Source: Microcoleus sp. (GTDB taxonomy: Bacteria > Cyanobacteriota > Cyanobacteriia > Cyanobacteriales > Microcoleaceae). From it: a stretch of 64,000 bases of DNA. Positions 1 to 10,073 of this stretch are shown here, piece by piece. How positions within the stretch are numbered: position 1 is the first letter of the stretch; each line of letters begins with the position of its first letter. The position numbers and the translations under genes were made by a program. The notes below the pieces were generated by a model that was given only the letters and a program-made list of their open reading frames with translations, was not told where the DNA came from and did not search any database. The DNA lies in assembly GCA_052279835.1 (NCBI GenBank), contig CP181291.1, positions 5,760,001 to 5,824,000 of the forward strand, in the 5' to 3' direction.

Positions 1-1
1 C

Positions 2-193
2 GAACAGGAATTCCGACAACATATGCAACAGTTAGCAGCTCAAACAGGATTAATTTTCCGAGATAATAGTTTATTATGGCCGCAGGCACGGGAATCTTTT
101 TCCGACCCTAGCCACCTCAACCGCTACGGGGCGATCGCCGTTTCTAAACAATTAGCTCAAGATCCAATGATTCCTTGGCCTGTTAAAAAGTAG
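2..193 (+). CDS. 3' end of a DUF1574-like (SGNH-type) protein; 5' part lies outside the window
   Basis: Frame 2 is open from the window start to TAG at 191-193 and reads ...FSDPSHLNRYGAIAVSKQLAQDPMIPWPVKK; DxxHLN motif. Confidence 0.6.
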   Translation, partial: EQEFRQHMQQLAAQTGLIFRDNSLLWPQARESFSDPSHLNRYGAIAVSKQLAQDPMIPWPVKK

Positions 194-204
194 TTTATAC
201 AATC

Positions 205-727
205 AGGAAAGAAGAAGAAAGAAGAACTCCCCTTGGGGGGCACAGGGGGGGTGACATCTCCCTGATTCCTTCTCCCTGAATTTCCCCCCTTGGTGGGCAC
301 AGGGGGCGGTTACTTCTTCCTGATTCCTTCTCCCTGAAATTCCCCCCTTGGGGGGCGCAGGGGGGGGTGACATCTCCCTGATTTCTTCTCCCTGAATTTC
401 CCCCCTTGGGGGGGGTAGGGGGGGGTTCTTCTTCCTTCTTCCTTCTTCCTGAATTTCCCCCCTTGGGGGGCACAGGGGGGGGTGATATCGTTTCCGGCTG
501 CATCGGAATGATTTAACCTTACTAGAACGCAGAGAACACAGAGGGAGAGAAGAGAGATGAATAATTCCGATGTTACCGGATTTGATATGACTTCTTCCTG
601 ATTTCTTCTCCCTGAATTTCCCCCCTTGGGGGGGGTAGGGGGGGGTTCTTCTTCCTTCTTCCTTCTTCCTTCTTCCTTCTTCCTTCTTCCTTCTTCCTTC
701 TTCCTTCTTCCTTCTTCCTTCTTCCTT
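205..727. repeat. Intergenic tandem ~57-bp G/C-run units (CCCCTTGGGGGG..GGGGGGTGA) followed by a TTCCTTC heptamer run
   Basis: About 6 imperfect copies of ttccccccttgggggg; (ttccttc)n at ~646-727. Similar heptamer runs occur at ~18990-19047 and ~55981-56005. Confidence 0.85.
486..587. mobile_element. MITE family A (102 bp)
   Basis: Imperfect TIRs TATC..CCGG..CATCGGAAT / ATTCCGATG..CCGG..GATA; flanked by TGA/TGA; identical to the copy at 5997-6098. Confidence 0.85.
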
Positions 728-738
728 CAATAATAAAC

Positions 739-3612
739 ATGAAAAATCTGACATCTACTAAAAACAGCACAAATCCACCACCTAAAAATACCCGAAAAAA
801 TAGGCCTTTGATATTTTTTATACTATCCCTAGCATTTTTCCTATTCAGTTTATATCAAGGTTTATTTTTACCCTATTCCCTATCAGCCCCTGGACCTGGA
901 AAAGAACAAAGTGGCGAACCATCCTTGCAACCCTTCGATGAAGTCATCAAAGACACCCAAAAATCCGAAGGAATGTTTACCCTGTATACAAACAAAACCA
1001 CAGATAAAGTCTATCTAGAAATTAAGCCCGAACAACTAAATAAAAAATTCCTCTGCTTTGTAACCCTAGCTTCCGGCTTAGGAGAAGCAGGAATTTTGAG
1101 TGGACTTCCCTTCGGAGACTTCTTATTTCAACTGCGAAAAATCCAAAATAACGTACAATTTGTAATTCCAAATATCAACTTTCGCACCAGTCCTGGCGAT
1201 CCACAAACAGGTTCCGTAGAACGAGCATTTAGCGAGTCTATCCTGTATTCTTTACCCCTCAAAAGCATTCATCCCCAAAGACAAACTCTGCTGATAGACT
1301 TGGGTGATTTGCTGATGAACGAAAAGCGTGACTTGCCAGGGGTAAAATCATTTTTGCCGATGATTTTAGGTGCATCTTATTCACTAGACAGTGACAAATC
1401 TTACTTTAAGGAAGTGAAAGCCTTTCCCTTAAATGTAGAGATTACTTCTGTCTACGGTTTTTCCAGCGATAATGACAGTTCTGTCAACTATTTACCCTCA
1501 ATTCCTGACAGTAGAGCTTTCAATCTTCGCATTCACTACAGTTTCTCAGAAGTGCCATTAAATAATGGCTATCGCCCCAGATTCGCGGACGAAAGAGTTG
1601 GTTATTTTATCACAGCATATAAAGACTTTTCTGACAATAGCAGCCGGGAGCCTTTTGTGCGCTATATCAATCGCTGGCATTTGCAAAAACAAATTCCCAA
1701 TGCTCCGATTTCACCGCCAGTGCAGCCGATCGTCTTTTGGATTGAAAACAATGTACCTCTGGAATACCGCAACGCCATCCGTGAGGGCATTTTGGAATGG
1801 AATAAGGCTTTTGAAAAGGCGGGATTCCGTGACGCAATTCAGGTCAAACAGATGCCGGACAATGCCAAATGGGACCCGGCTGATGTTCGGTACAATACTA
1901 TTCGCTGGTCGAGTTCCTTCGATCCAGAATTTGCAGGTCTGGGCCCCTCTCGCACTAACCCGCTGACTGGAGAAATTTTGGATGCGGATATTTTGTTAGA
2001 TGCTAATATTGTCAGACAAATTAAACAGGGCTATCGGTCTTTGGTGCAACAAAATCGCTCGGTGGCTAAGAGTTTTCAAGGACAAAATGGCTCTAACACA
2101 AATCCTTGTCAGTTCGGGATGTATTCTCGCTATTTGAGAGTGCTAGGAAATGATAATTTAGGCACGGGAAATAAAGAAAATTCTGCGGGTGAACTGGTTG
2201 ATGATTTACCAAATTTGGTGGAAAGATACCAACAGCAAAAGCGATCGCCTGTGTCGCGGTTGATGTCAGATTCTGATTTGTGCTTTGGGTTGGAATCCAG
2301 CCAACAATTTGCCATGGGTGCAATGTCCATGTCTCTGTTGGGCAATGGGACACCTAATAGTTCGGAAATTGAGGAGTATGTGAATCAATATATCCGATTT
2401 TTGACTGCTCACGAAGTTGGTCACACTTTGGGTTTGAGGCACAATTTTCACGGTAGTACGATGCTGCAACCGGAGGAGTTGAATAATACTCAGTTAACTC
2501 GCACTCAAGGTTTGGTGGCGTCGGTGATGGATTATGTGCCGATTAATTTGGCGGCACCGGGAAGTGTCCAGGGCGATTATTACCCCATGATTGTGGGGCC
2601 TTATGATGATTGGGCGATCGAGTATGGTTACAAGGTGCTTGGTGCTGTCAATCCCAGTAGCGAATTGCCAATGTTACAGGAAATTGCCAGTCGTGCTGCG
2701 GAACCGCAATTAGCTTATGCGCCGGATGAAGATGCTGTTGATATTCTCGATCCGGCTGCTAATACTTTCGATCTTAGTGCCAATATGCTCGCTTATTCCC
2801 AGTTGCAATTGGAGAATGCTAGGGTGATGTGGAAGCGTTTGGAAAGCAGAATTCCGGTTGGGGATGATGGTTACAATGAACTGCGGGTGATGTTTGATTC
2901 GGTGTTTGGATATTATGTTCAGCAGGTGATGAATGCTACTTTGTATGTGGGGGGAGAGTCGTTTAATCGAAGTCGCCCTGGCGATCCGAAGGGGAAATTG
3001 CCCTTTGTGCCGATCGCACTTAGTCAGCAGCGAGAAGCATTAGCAACCCTGGATAAATACGTTTTTGCACCGGATGCGTTTAGTTTTGCACCCCAGTTGC
3101 TGAATAAATTAGCGCCCTCTCGTTGGAATCACTGGGGAAGTCCGGCTTTGGTGTTTCCTTTAGATTATCCCATTGGCGATCGCATTACTTTTTTACAGCG
3201 GTTTGTATTGCGAGTTTTGCTCTCTCCTGAGAGGCTGGTGAGACTGCGGGATGCGGAATTAAAATCGGCACCCCAAAGTGCTCTGAAGTTGCCGGAAGTG
3301 TTCGATACTTTACAACAGGATATTTGGCAAGAAGTTTTCCATCCTAAGAATAAACAAATTGAGATTTCGACTTTTAGGCGTTCTTTGCAGCGGGAACATT
3401 TGGCAATTTTGATCGGTATGGTGTTGCGAAAAACGAGTGTTCCTGAAGATGCGCGGACTTTGGCTTGGTACGAGTTGCGGCAGTTGCGGGAGGGTTTGAG
3501 TAAAACTATTCGCAGTTTGGATCGGAATGCGGATGCTTATATGCGGGCTCATTTGGAGGAAACGCGCGATCGCATTTCTAAGGTTTTGAATGCACAGATT
3601 CAGTCGAATTAA
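739..3612 (+). CDS. Zinc-dependent metalloprotease (DUF5117/DUF4953, EcxA-like), N-terminal membrane anchor
   Basis: 957-aa ORF; HEVGHTLGLRH zinc motif, SVMDY Met-turn, PRFADERVGYF and INRWHL motifs. Confidence 0.85.
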   Translation: MKNLTSTKNSTNPPPKNTRKNRPLIFFILSLAFFLFSLYQGLFLPYSLSAPGPGKEQSGEPSLQPFDEVIKDTQKSEGMFTLYTNKTTDKVYLEIKPEQLNKKFLCFVTLASGLGEAGILSGLPFGDFLFQLRKIQNNVQFVIPNINFRTSPGDPQTGSVERAFSESILYSLPLKSIHPQRQTLLIDLGDLLMNEKRDLPGVKSFLPMILGASYSLDSDKSYFKEVKAFPLNVEITSVYGFSSDNDSSVNYLPSIPDSRAFNLRIHYSFSEVPLNNGYRPRFADERVGYFITAYKDFSDNSSREPFVRYINRWHLQKQIPNAPISPPVQPIVFWIENNVPLEYRNAIREGILEWNKAFEKAGFRDAIQVKQMPDNAKWDPADVRYNTIRWSSSFDPEFAGLGPSRTNPLTGEILDADILLDANIVRQIKQGYRSLVQQNRSVAKSFQGQNGSNTNPCQFGMYSRYLRVLGNDNLGTGNKENSAGELVDDLPNLVERYQQQKRSPVSRLMSDSDLCFGLESSQQFAMGAMSMSLLGNGTPNSSEIEEYVNQYIRFLTAHEVGHTLGLRHNFHGSTMLQPEELNNTQLTRTQGLVASVMDYVPINLAAPGSVQGDYYPMIVGPYDDWAIEYGYKVLGAVNPSSELPMLQEIASRAAEPQLAYAPDEDAVDILDPAANTFDLSANMLAYSQLQLENARVMWKRLESRIPVGDDGYNELRVMFDSVFGYYVQQVMNATLYVGGESFNRSRPGDPKGKLPFVPIALSQQREALATLDKYVFAPDAFSFAPQLLNKLAPSRWNHWGSPALVFPLDYPIGDRITFLQRFVLRVLLSPERLVRLRDAELKSAPQSALKLPEVFDTLQQDIWQEVFHPKNKQIEISTFRRSLQREHLAILIGMVLRKTSVPEDARTLAWYELRQLREGLSKTIRSLDRNADAYMRAHLEETRDRISKVLNAQIQSN

Positions 3613-3722
3613 TTGGATGTGATTACTTTCCCCCACTAGACATCTCCCATAATTATTGTGGAACAGGCATCCTGCCTGTTCAAGACTCGCTTTTTGGGAG
3701 ATGTCCACTGATCAGTGTAGGT

Positions 3723-3899
3723 TATAGCAACCGCCAAGGCGATTAGGATATTTCGGTCACTGAGCCCTTCGACCCTTCGACTACGCTCAGGGCGACGCTC
3801 CGCTCAGGATAAACTACGTCGAAGTGGACATTTCGACCCTTCGACTACGCTCAGGGCGACGCTCCGCTCAATGACCAAACCGCCTTGGCGACTGCTATA
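3723..3899. mobile_element. MITE with TIRs TATAGCAACCGCCAAGGCG / CGCCTTGGCGACTGCTATA, carrying two CCCTTCGACTACGCTCAGGG small repeats
   Basis: The inverted ends and the internal direct duplication are visible in the sequence. Confidence 0.7.
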
Positions 3900-4093
3900 T
3901 CTTCAACTCCCAACTCGGTTTCTGGACGGCGAGGCGTAAGTTTTGGTAAAGTTTTGTAACAAATTGGTATGTCAGCGCATAAAATCTCAAACGACACCCT
4001 GATAGACATATAGTGAGCTCGTTCTCTAGGATGCCAAAAAGCAACGCCAACCCAACTATCCACTCTGAGGTATACGTGAAAAAATTCAAAAAA

Positions 4094-5665
4094 ATGTTTG
4101 AACAAACTTCCTCTAGCGGGTTTGTTCAAAGTTGTCTGTCGCTGACTGCTTTGACTTTATTGGGATTTACCCCAGTTGAACCAGTCAGCGCCGCCAGTCT
4201 TCATACTGGTTTCGCTTCCTATAGCATTACCGATCTCGGCCCCGGCAACACTTACAGTATCAACAATTTCGGACAAGTGGTAATGGGTAAAAATGGTGTA
4301 GGTTGGATTTGGGAAAACGGTAACTTAACCGAAGTTACCGGCAGCACTTGGGCTTACCAAATCAACACTTCCGGTCAAGTGGTGGGCCGCTATCTCAGCG
4401 GAAATTGGACGGATAATGCCTATTTGTGGGAAAACGGTCAAAGGACAGACCTCGGTTATTTTGGCGGCATTAGCAGTAGCGCTAGTGACATCAATGATGC
4501 TGGGCAAATAGTTGGTAAGTTTAACATTGCCCAAGATAAATTTAACCCCTTTTTATGGCAAAACGGTACGATGACCGATCTGGGTACTCTTGGTTTCAAT
4601 GGCGGGGCTATGAGTATCAATAACAGAGGGCAAGTAGTTGGTTATTCCGGTCTTGTTGTAGGGATAACTCATGCTTTCCTGTGGGAAAACGGCACGATGA
4701 GGGACTTGGGAACTCTGGAAGGAGACAACGACAGCATTGCTTACGATATCAACGATCTGGGACAGGCGATCGGCTATTCTGCTAATAAAAACACTCAGCA
4801 AAGTAAACCTGTTATCTGGTCAAACGGTAAACTTACAGAACTCAAAACTCTCGGTGGCAATGTCAATTACGGGGTTGCAATTAATAATAAAGGACAAGCA
4901 GTCGGTTTTGGTAACACCAGTGTCAATGGCAGCCTAAGTCACGGTTTAATCTGGGAAGACGGCGAAATGGCTAACCTTAACAGCCTGATTCCTGCTGATT
5001 CTGGGTGGTTTTTACAGCAAATCAACGGCATTAACGATCGCGGTCAAATTGTCGGTCAAGGGATTAACAGCAAGACTGGTGCAAATCATGCTTTTCTGCT
5101 CAATCCCGTCAGCGGTAGTTCTCAGCGCAATCCTTTATTACCTGATAATTTTGAGGATGGTTGGCATATTTTTAATAATGTCACAAGTCGCCTGTGGTTT
5201 GATCCGCCAACCTCGGCGGGTTTTGCGTTCAAAATCGGCGAGGTTGGGGGGTCAAGTCCGATCGCATTTAATCCCAACCCAACCGAACCATCGCTATTTA
5301 CAAAAATTCTCAGTTTGCCCAGTGGAATTGATGCTGACGAACTATTTTCTGTAATAGTTGGCGGCCAAGAAATCGGTAAGTTTCGCCCGAATGAAGTGGT
5401 TGATTTTGTTGCCTTACTCGGTTACGGCGTTTCCGAGTTTAACGTTACGGGCATTGATGCGCTAATCGATCCGACAAATCCCCTAGCGTTTCCGATTAAG
5501 TTAGAATCAAACCACGATAATTTCTCTTTTAAAATGCGGGCGATGGATGGTGCTGAAGCTGTTCCAGAACCTTCGGAAATCGGGGGGATAGTAACTGCGG
5601 CTGCGATTTTTGGTGGTATGTTGTGGAAACGCAAACGCAGCGATCGAAAAGTGCAAGTCAAGTAA
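4094..5665 (+). CDS. PEP-CTERM surface protein with HAF-type beta-propeller repeats
   Basis: Signal peptide; repeated DLGTLG..INxxGQVVG..HAFLW units; C-terminal VPEP + TM + KRKR. ATG 4094 preferred over GTG 4013. Confidence 0.85.
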   Translation: MFEQTSSSGFVQSCLSLTALTLLGFTPVEPVSAASLHTGFASYSITDLGPGNTYSINNFGQVVMGKNGVGWIWENGNLTEVTGSTWAYQINTSGQVVGRYLSGNWTDNAYLWENGQRTDLGYFGGISSSASDINDAGQIVGKFNIAQDKFNPFLWQNGTMTDLGTLGFNGGAMSINNRGQVVGYSGLVVGITHAFLWENGTMRDLGTLEGDNDSIAYDINDLGQAIGYSANKNTQQSKPVIWSNGKLTELKTLGGNVNYGVAINNKGQAVGFGNTSVNGSLSHGLIWEDGEMANLNSLIPADSGWFLQQINGINDRGQIVGQGINSKTGANHAFLLNPVSGSSQRNPLLPDNFEDGWHIFNNVTSRLWFDPPTSAGFAFKIGEVGGSSPIAFNPNPTEPSLFTKILSLPSGIDADELFSVIVGGQEIGKFRPNEVVDFVALLGYGVSEFNVTGIDALIDPTNPLAFPIKLESNHDNFSFKMRAMDGAEAVPEPSEIGGIVTAAAIFGGMLWKRKRSDRKVQVK

Positions 5666-5740
5666 TCTCTTGTGCGGGCGATCGATTATATTTAATTAGG
5701 TTTTGCTGAATAATCGATCGCTCGCAAACAACAAGTGCGA

Positions 5741-5886
5741 TAACCATCAACGACATCCTCATGTTTGGCTGTCGGTTCACTCAGGGGCATAGCAACTCCA
5801 TTGACTAGCGCCAATGACTTGCCGGATTTGTCATCCCAGTTAAGAAATTCCTCGAAGGAAAGGGTTTTTTGGGCGATCGCAATCAT
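5741..5886 (-). pseudogene. 5' stub of a Uma2 gene, duplicate of the start and upstream region of 8326-8949
   Basis: 5741-5937 is closely similar to ~8803-9000. It reads MIAIAQKTLSFEEFLNWDDKSG...HEDVVDG and then similarity stops. Confidence 0.85.
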
Positions 5887-5996
5887 TGATATTAACCTTT
5901 TGCGTAGGTTGACTCTCTGTTATCTGTTTTTAGCTTAACGTGAGGTAGAGAGGATAAACGTTCTGCGAGGTTTCAGTTCCTCATTTGGCCTTGTTA

Positions 5997-6098
5997 TATC
6001 GTTTCCGGCTGCATCGGAATGATTTAACCTTACTAGAACGCAGAGAACACAGAGGGAGAGAAGAGAGATGAATAATTCCGATGTTACCGGATTTGATA
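5997..6098. mobile_element. MITE family A
   Basis: Identical to 486-587; flanked by TTA/TTA. Confidence 0.85.
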
Positions 6099-6181
6099 TT
6101 ACCCCCTCTAGGATTCGGCGGTTGAAACCGCTACTACAAAAACGAAGTCCGCCGACGCGGACTAAGAAATAATATTATTAG

Positions 6182-6262
6182 ATAAGGATCGGCTGCGATC
6201 GCCCAATTGTCCTTAGTGAGGGCTGATTTTACTGCGTCATGATAAATATCTCTGGCAGACAT
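6182..6262 (-). pseudogene. xisH: 5' stub (27 codons) of an XisH-family gene
   Basis: Reverse strand reads MSARDIYHDAVKSALTKDNWAIAADPY, matching the XisH N-terminus pattern (AKDxxHxxVKxALxKDGWxIxxDP), then runs into a REP-like repeat. Confidence 0.75.
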
Positions 6263-6305
6263 AGGGTTAGGACTACACATCTATGTTAATGATGTTTAGA
6301 AATGC

Positions 6306-6530
6306 TTATGCGTGTTGTAAAGATTGACCGAATAATTGCGGCTGTGGCAAGGGTTTACCTTCATCTAACGTCGATTCAGTGAGAAGTTCCAAAACCTCGC
6401 GGGCATTTTTTAATGCGTCTTCGTAAGTATCCCCGTGAGTATGACAGTAGTCTCCCCATTCTGGAAAACTAACGACATAGCACCGATCCTCATCTGACCA
6501 TTGAATAACAATTGTATAATGACTGTTCAT
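6306..6530 (-). CDS. hicB: HicB-family antitoxin
   Basis: YTIVIQWSDED..YVVSFPEW..CHTHGDTYEDALKNAREVLEL; overlaps the hicA stop. Confidence 0.9.
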   Translation of the reverse strand: MNSHYTIVIQWSDEDRCYVVSFPEWGDYCHTHGDTYEDALKNAREVLELLTESTLDEGKPLPQPQLFGQSLQHA

Positions 6531-6742
6531 CTATTTTTTTCCTCAATTTCAGCTAGTTGTTTGAGAGCATTGTCAACATCTTTTTCCTGATAGAGCTTGG
6601 CATCAACGCCGTCTTTTCCTGAGAGGGTCAGCTTTCCTTGTAGCAGAGGATGTGACCATTTGGTGTGGCTACCTTTAGCAGACTCACAAGCAAATCCTGC
6701 TTTCAATAATAGGCTTTTCAAATCCCTGATTTTTCTGGGCAT
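6527..6742 (-). CDS. hicA: HicA-family mRNA interferase toxin
   Basis: 71 aa; L..AGF....KGSH.KW.HP motif. Confidence 0.9.
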   Translation of the reverse strand: MPRKIRDLKSLLLKAGFACESAKGSHTKWSHPLLQGKLTLSGKDGVDAKLYQEKDVDNALKQLAEIEEKNR

Positions 6743-6745
6743 CCG

Positions 6746-7378
6746 TTATTTACCTAGTTGTTGCTTCAAATCCCGGATAGCAGCGCTGGTATTGCGTTGG
6801 TAAGCAATTTCGACACAGCGGACGATCGCACTTTGTAGATCGAAGTCTGGAAAATAAATGCTTTGGCTTTGAACTTGATAGTTTGCACCTTGCAGCCGAT
6901 AAATTAAGAGTTGCTGCTTCTTATATAGCCAGATTTCAGGAACCCGATAGGGAAGATAATCTTGCACGTCGGAATAACTGGTGACATCAATTTCGATGAC
7001 TAAATCTGGTGGCGGATCATTTTGCCAATCAATCCGCTTTTTGCCACAAACCGCTTCCCAGTTGTTAATATAAAAGCAATAGTCTGGTTCAATGCCACTT
7101 TCTTCTGGGACTGTCATGGTGATAGGAGTAAACGCATCATATTCCCGTTCATCCGCATCCAAAAGAGTTGTGACAATATTGGCAATCAAATGGGCATCTT
7201 TTCCGTGTACGGGTAAAGGTGACATCAGCAACACTTCTCCATTGCGATACTTCAGACGCGGAATTGAGCCGTCTCCACGGCGATCGTACAAACTTTGATA
7301 ATCTTGCCAAGTTGCAGGTAAGCGCACTACAGAACCCGCAGGTAATTGAATTTTTTCTGGTGAGACGAGGGCAAACAT
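6746..7378 (-). CDS. Uma2-family (PD-(D/E)XK) endonuclease-like protein
   Basis: MSPLPVH, EPDYCFY, PPPDLVIEIDVTS, VPEIW motifs. Confidence 0.9.
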   Translation of the reverse strand: MFALVSPEKIQLPAGSVVRLPATWQDYQSLYDRRGDGSIPRLKYRNGEVLLMSPLPVHGKDAHLIANIVTTLLDADEREYDAFTPITMTVPEESGIEPDYCFYINNWEAVCGKKRIDWQNDPPPDLVIEIDVTSYSDVQDYLPYRVPEIWLYKKQQLLIYRLQGANYQVQSQSIYFPDFDLQSAIVRCVEIAYQRNTSAAIRDLKQQLGK

Positions 7379-7466
7379 GGTCTAAACTCCCTTTTGCAGC
7401 CGTTGATTCTCATCATAGACGGATTTGATCGAGTTCGTCTGGAGTGGAATTGCGATCGACGAAGAA

Positions 7467-8255
7467 CTAAGAGAGCGATCGCCGATCGATTGACAAAACC
7501 TCCGTTATCTCCGATCTTAACCAAGGAGATGGTGGATTGCTGTTGTAATCGATGAAATAATCGTAGCCCAATTGCTCGTACAGTTCGTCAACCAAGGATT
7601 GCAAGTCTAATATCGGTTCTGAATCGGACGATCGCAAAGGCAACAAAAATGCCGGAATGCGATCGCCTAAGTTAAAGGGATACAAATCGGAAATTGGACG
7701 AGTTTGCGATGGGCTAATCAAGATGCGATAGTGACTCTGAATATCGCCAGTTTCTACAGGCAAGGGAATACCATCGCGAAGCAAATCAATTTCAACCAAA
7801 TGGGTGAGACTCTCTAAAATTTTCTGCCGTTTTGCGATATATTTTTTACGACCTTCACCAAATTTATTCGCAGGTGAAAGCACTTCGATCGCTGTCACCA
7901 CTTCTTGAGTTGCAGCATCTTTTACTTCGATATAGGATTGCTGAATTTCTTCGAGCATTGGCACCGTTACTTTAACAGGTTCTGGCAAGGGGCAAACTGC
8001 AACAGATGCTTCAAAAGAATCTGTATTCGCTGGCACATTTGTTCGGTTCTGCTGCACGCTGACATCTGGTCTACCAATTGCAATTGCTGTCGAACCTGCG
8101 ATTTTATACACCCATTTATCTGTCACCACGCGATATTTCGGAACGAGTCTGGGGACTAAGAATCGAGCAATTGCTGCAACCAATTGATTGTGAAAATCCG
8201 ACCAATACTCTGGTTGTTCCAGGTAGGGATTCATTCCAGAGAATGGATTGGGCAT
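7467..8255 (-). CDS. DUF4058-family protein
   Basis: MPNPFSGMNPYLE start; IEVLSPANK and HLVEIDLLR motifs. Confidence 0.9.
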   Translation of the reverse strand: MPNPFSGMNPYLEQPEYWSDFHNQLVAAIARFLVPRLVPKYRVVTDKWVYKIAGSTAIAIGRPDVSVQQNRTNVPANTDSFEASVAVCPLPEPVKVTVPMLEEIQQSYIEVKDAATQEVVTAIEVLSPANKFGEGRKKYIAKRQKILESLTHLVEIDLLRDGIPLPVETGDIQSHYRILISPSQTRPISDLYPFNLGDRIPAFLLPLRSSDSEPILDLQSLVDELYEQLGYDYFIDYNSNPPSPWLRSEITEVLSIDRRSLS

Positions 8256-8325
8256 GGGAAACTCTCCCGATTTATGTGGTGCTTCATACTATTATACAAC
8301 TGTTCATCTAAATAATCTGCAAACA

Positions 8326-8949
8326 CTAAACTTCTGTCATCGCAACGATTTGAGCGATCGTTAATACCAACTGAGGAAACATTGGAGAAACAATAGTGGA
8401 TTCTCCTTGATATCGCAGTGCCTGATATTCACCATCGATTAAGCGGTTGATAGTCACCGTAGACTGTTTTGGAGAGCCAATATACTGAACGCCTCCCAAC
8501 CCTGCATAATCAACGATCCAATACTCCAGGATTCCTAAAGTTTCATACTCATTCAATTTGATGCGGTAATCATCCCGCCAATTCGTACTAACAACTTCGA
8601 TCGCCAAAGGAGGTGGAATATAGGCAGCAGCAGAGGCAGAACCTTGACGCATTCTAGCCCATTCTTCCTTGGCAAACACCACAATGTCGGCTTTACGACT
8701 CGATGCACTTTCGCCAGGGGCAGCGTTCAATCTGACTTGTTTATTTTGTCGAGGAACGTAGGGAAGGTTCAAGGATTGGCAATGATCCACCAAGAGACGA
8801 CATAAACCATCGACGACATCCTCATGTTTGGCTGTAGGTTCACTCAGGGGCCTGGCAACTCCATTGACTAGCTCGAATGACCTGCCGGATTTGTCATCCC
8901 AGTTGAGAAATTCCTCGAAGGAAAGCGTCTTTTGGGCGATCGCAATCAT
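8326..8949 (-). CDS. Uma2-family protein
   Basis: ELVNG, LAIEVVSTNWRDDY..K..EY..LGI.EYWIVD motifs. Confidence 0.9.
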   Translation of the reverse strand: MIAIAQKTLSFEEFLNWDDKSGRSFELVNGVARPLSEPTAKHEDVVDGLCRLLVDHCQSLNLPYVPRQNKQVRLNAAPGESASSRKADIVVFAKEEWARMRQGSASAAAYIPPPLAIEVVSTNWRDDYRIKLNEYETLGILEYWIVDYAGLGGVQYIGSPKQSTVTINRLIDGEYQALRYQGESTIVSPMFPQLVLTIAQIVAMTEV

Positions 8950-9041
8950 TGATATTAACCTTTTGCGTAGGTTGGCTCTCTGTTGTCTGTTTTTAGCTTA
9001 TCGCTTTCGATCGCCATTTTAGTTTGCATCAAAGGGGTAGC

Positions 9042-9377
9042 TTAGCAATGCGATCGCACCTGCTTTCTTGCTGCCTTAGCTGCCATCAGTCTATTGTACA
9101 AAGCTGGATCGCTAGTTTGTAGAGGTTGAGGCATGGCATCAAATGCGGCTTCTTCGGCGGCTAGGTAAGCATCGATTTCAGCGCGGTTGGCTAGATAAAA
9201 GGCGATCGCCCCATAAACCTGTTCCAGTGTCAGTAGTGGGAATGACTGAACAATACTTTCGGGCGATAGTCCTTGTTGGAAAGCATAGGCGATCGAGTCA
9301 AGAGAAATCCGAGTTCCTTCAACCCAATAGGCATCATTCCGATACTCTATGTAAGTTTTAACTGCTACAACTGGCAT
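9042..9377 (-). CDS. DUF433-family antitoxin-like protein
   Basis: GTRISLDSI...G.SPE.I...FP.LTLEQVYGAIAFY. Confidence 0.85.
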   Translation of the reverse strand: MPVVAVKTYIEYRNDAYWVEGTRISLDSIAYAFQQGLSPESIVQSFPLLTLEQVYGAIAFYLANRAEIDAYLAAEEAAFDAMPQPLQTSDPALYNRLMAAKAARKQVRSHC

Positions 9378-9404
9378 ACATATTTTGGGATTTTAACTAC
9401 TTAT

Positions 9405-9505
9405 TATAGACGGATTCGCTCTAGTTCGTCGGGAGTGAAATTGCGATCGACGAAAAACCAAGAGAGCGATCGCTTATCAATTGACAAAACGTCCGCTTCT
9501 CGATT
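9405..9505 (-). pseudogene. Degenerate copy of the DUF4058 3' end and downstream spacer (7416-7515)
   Basis: tagacggatt..agttcgtc.ggagtg.aattgcgatcgacgaa..aagagagcgatcgc..attgacaaaac is shared between the two sites. Confidence 0.75.
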
Positions 9506-9721
9506 TTATTGTCCGCGTCCTGGTTTGCAATCTACGAAACCTAATGCTTCTGTGTCGAGAAAACTGGCGATCGCCATTTCGATCACCGCTGCGATCGGAT
9601 ATTCAATTTCCGCAGCACGCGCAATTAGAGCCGCTTGAATTCGTTCTGGCAAACGTCTCAAAATGACTTCGGCATCAGCAGGAGAAAGTTGTTCTTGAAG
9701 TTTGGCTTGCATGGCATTCAC
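9506..9721 (-). CDS. Small hypothetical protein, possibly antitoxin-like
   Basis: 71-aa ORF with ATG and upstream AAGGTG; co-oriented with the array. Confidence 0.6.
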   Translation of the reverse strand: MNAMQAKLQEQLSPADAEVILRRLPERIQAALIARAAEIEYPIAAVIEMAIASFLDTEALGFVDCKPGRGQ

Positions 9722-9739
9722 CTTTCATTAATAGGCGAA

Positions 9740-9865
9740 ATAGAGGCGTCTCCTCGGCGATCGTACAAACTCTGATAATCTTGCCCGGTTGCAGGTAAGC
9801 GCACGACAGAACCCGCAGCCCATTGAATTTTTTATGGTGAGATGAGGGCAAGCATGGTCTAAGCT
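9740..9865 (-). pseudogene. 5' stub of a Uma2 gene, duplicate of the start of 6746-7378
   Basis: MLALISP*KIQWAAGSVVRLPATGQDYQSLYDRRGD versus MFALVSPEKIQLPAGSVVRLPATWQDYQSLYDRRGD; upstream region also shared. Confidence 0.85.
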
Positions 9866-10073
9866 CGCTTTTGCAGCCATTGATTTTAATGATAACAAGA
9901 GTGGTGTGGGCGATCGCTCCTGGTTTTTAGTCCAAATAGGTGATGAACTAATACAGTTCAGTTAAGGCTAAAAATTAAAATTCACCTAGGTTGGGTTGAG
10001 GAACGAAACCCAACCTAGAGAATTTTATTTCGTTGTTAGGCATTCCGGGTATGGAATTACAAACGCTTCTGAC

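Noticed and set aside
205..640. ~57-bp periodic repeat as a possible CRISPR
   Set aside because: The intervening segments are themselves repeated and low-complexity; there are no unique spacers.
195..770. Three minus-strand ORFs (EEGRRKK and PPxGG repeats)
   Set aside because: They are translations of heptamer and G/C-run repeats plus a MITE, open in several frames.
3900..4093. CGTAAG upstream of the HAF PEP-CTERM gene as another copy of the ECF-like motif
   Set aside because: No GGAAA element at the required 16-nt spacing.
9948..10073. GCCTAAC after the 342-aa gene as an integron attC core
   Set aside because: No matching GTTRRRY arm found; the adjacent DNA is a REP/MITE-like hairpin and no integrase is in the window.
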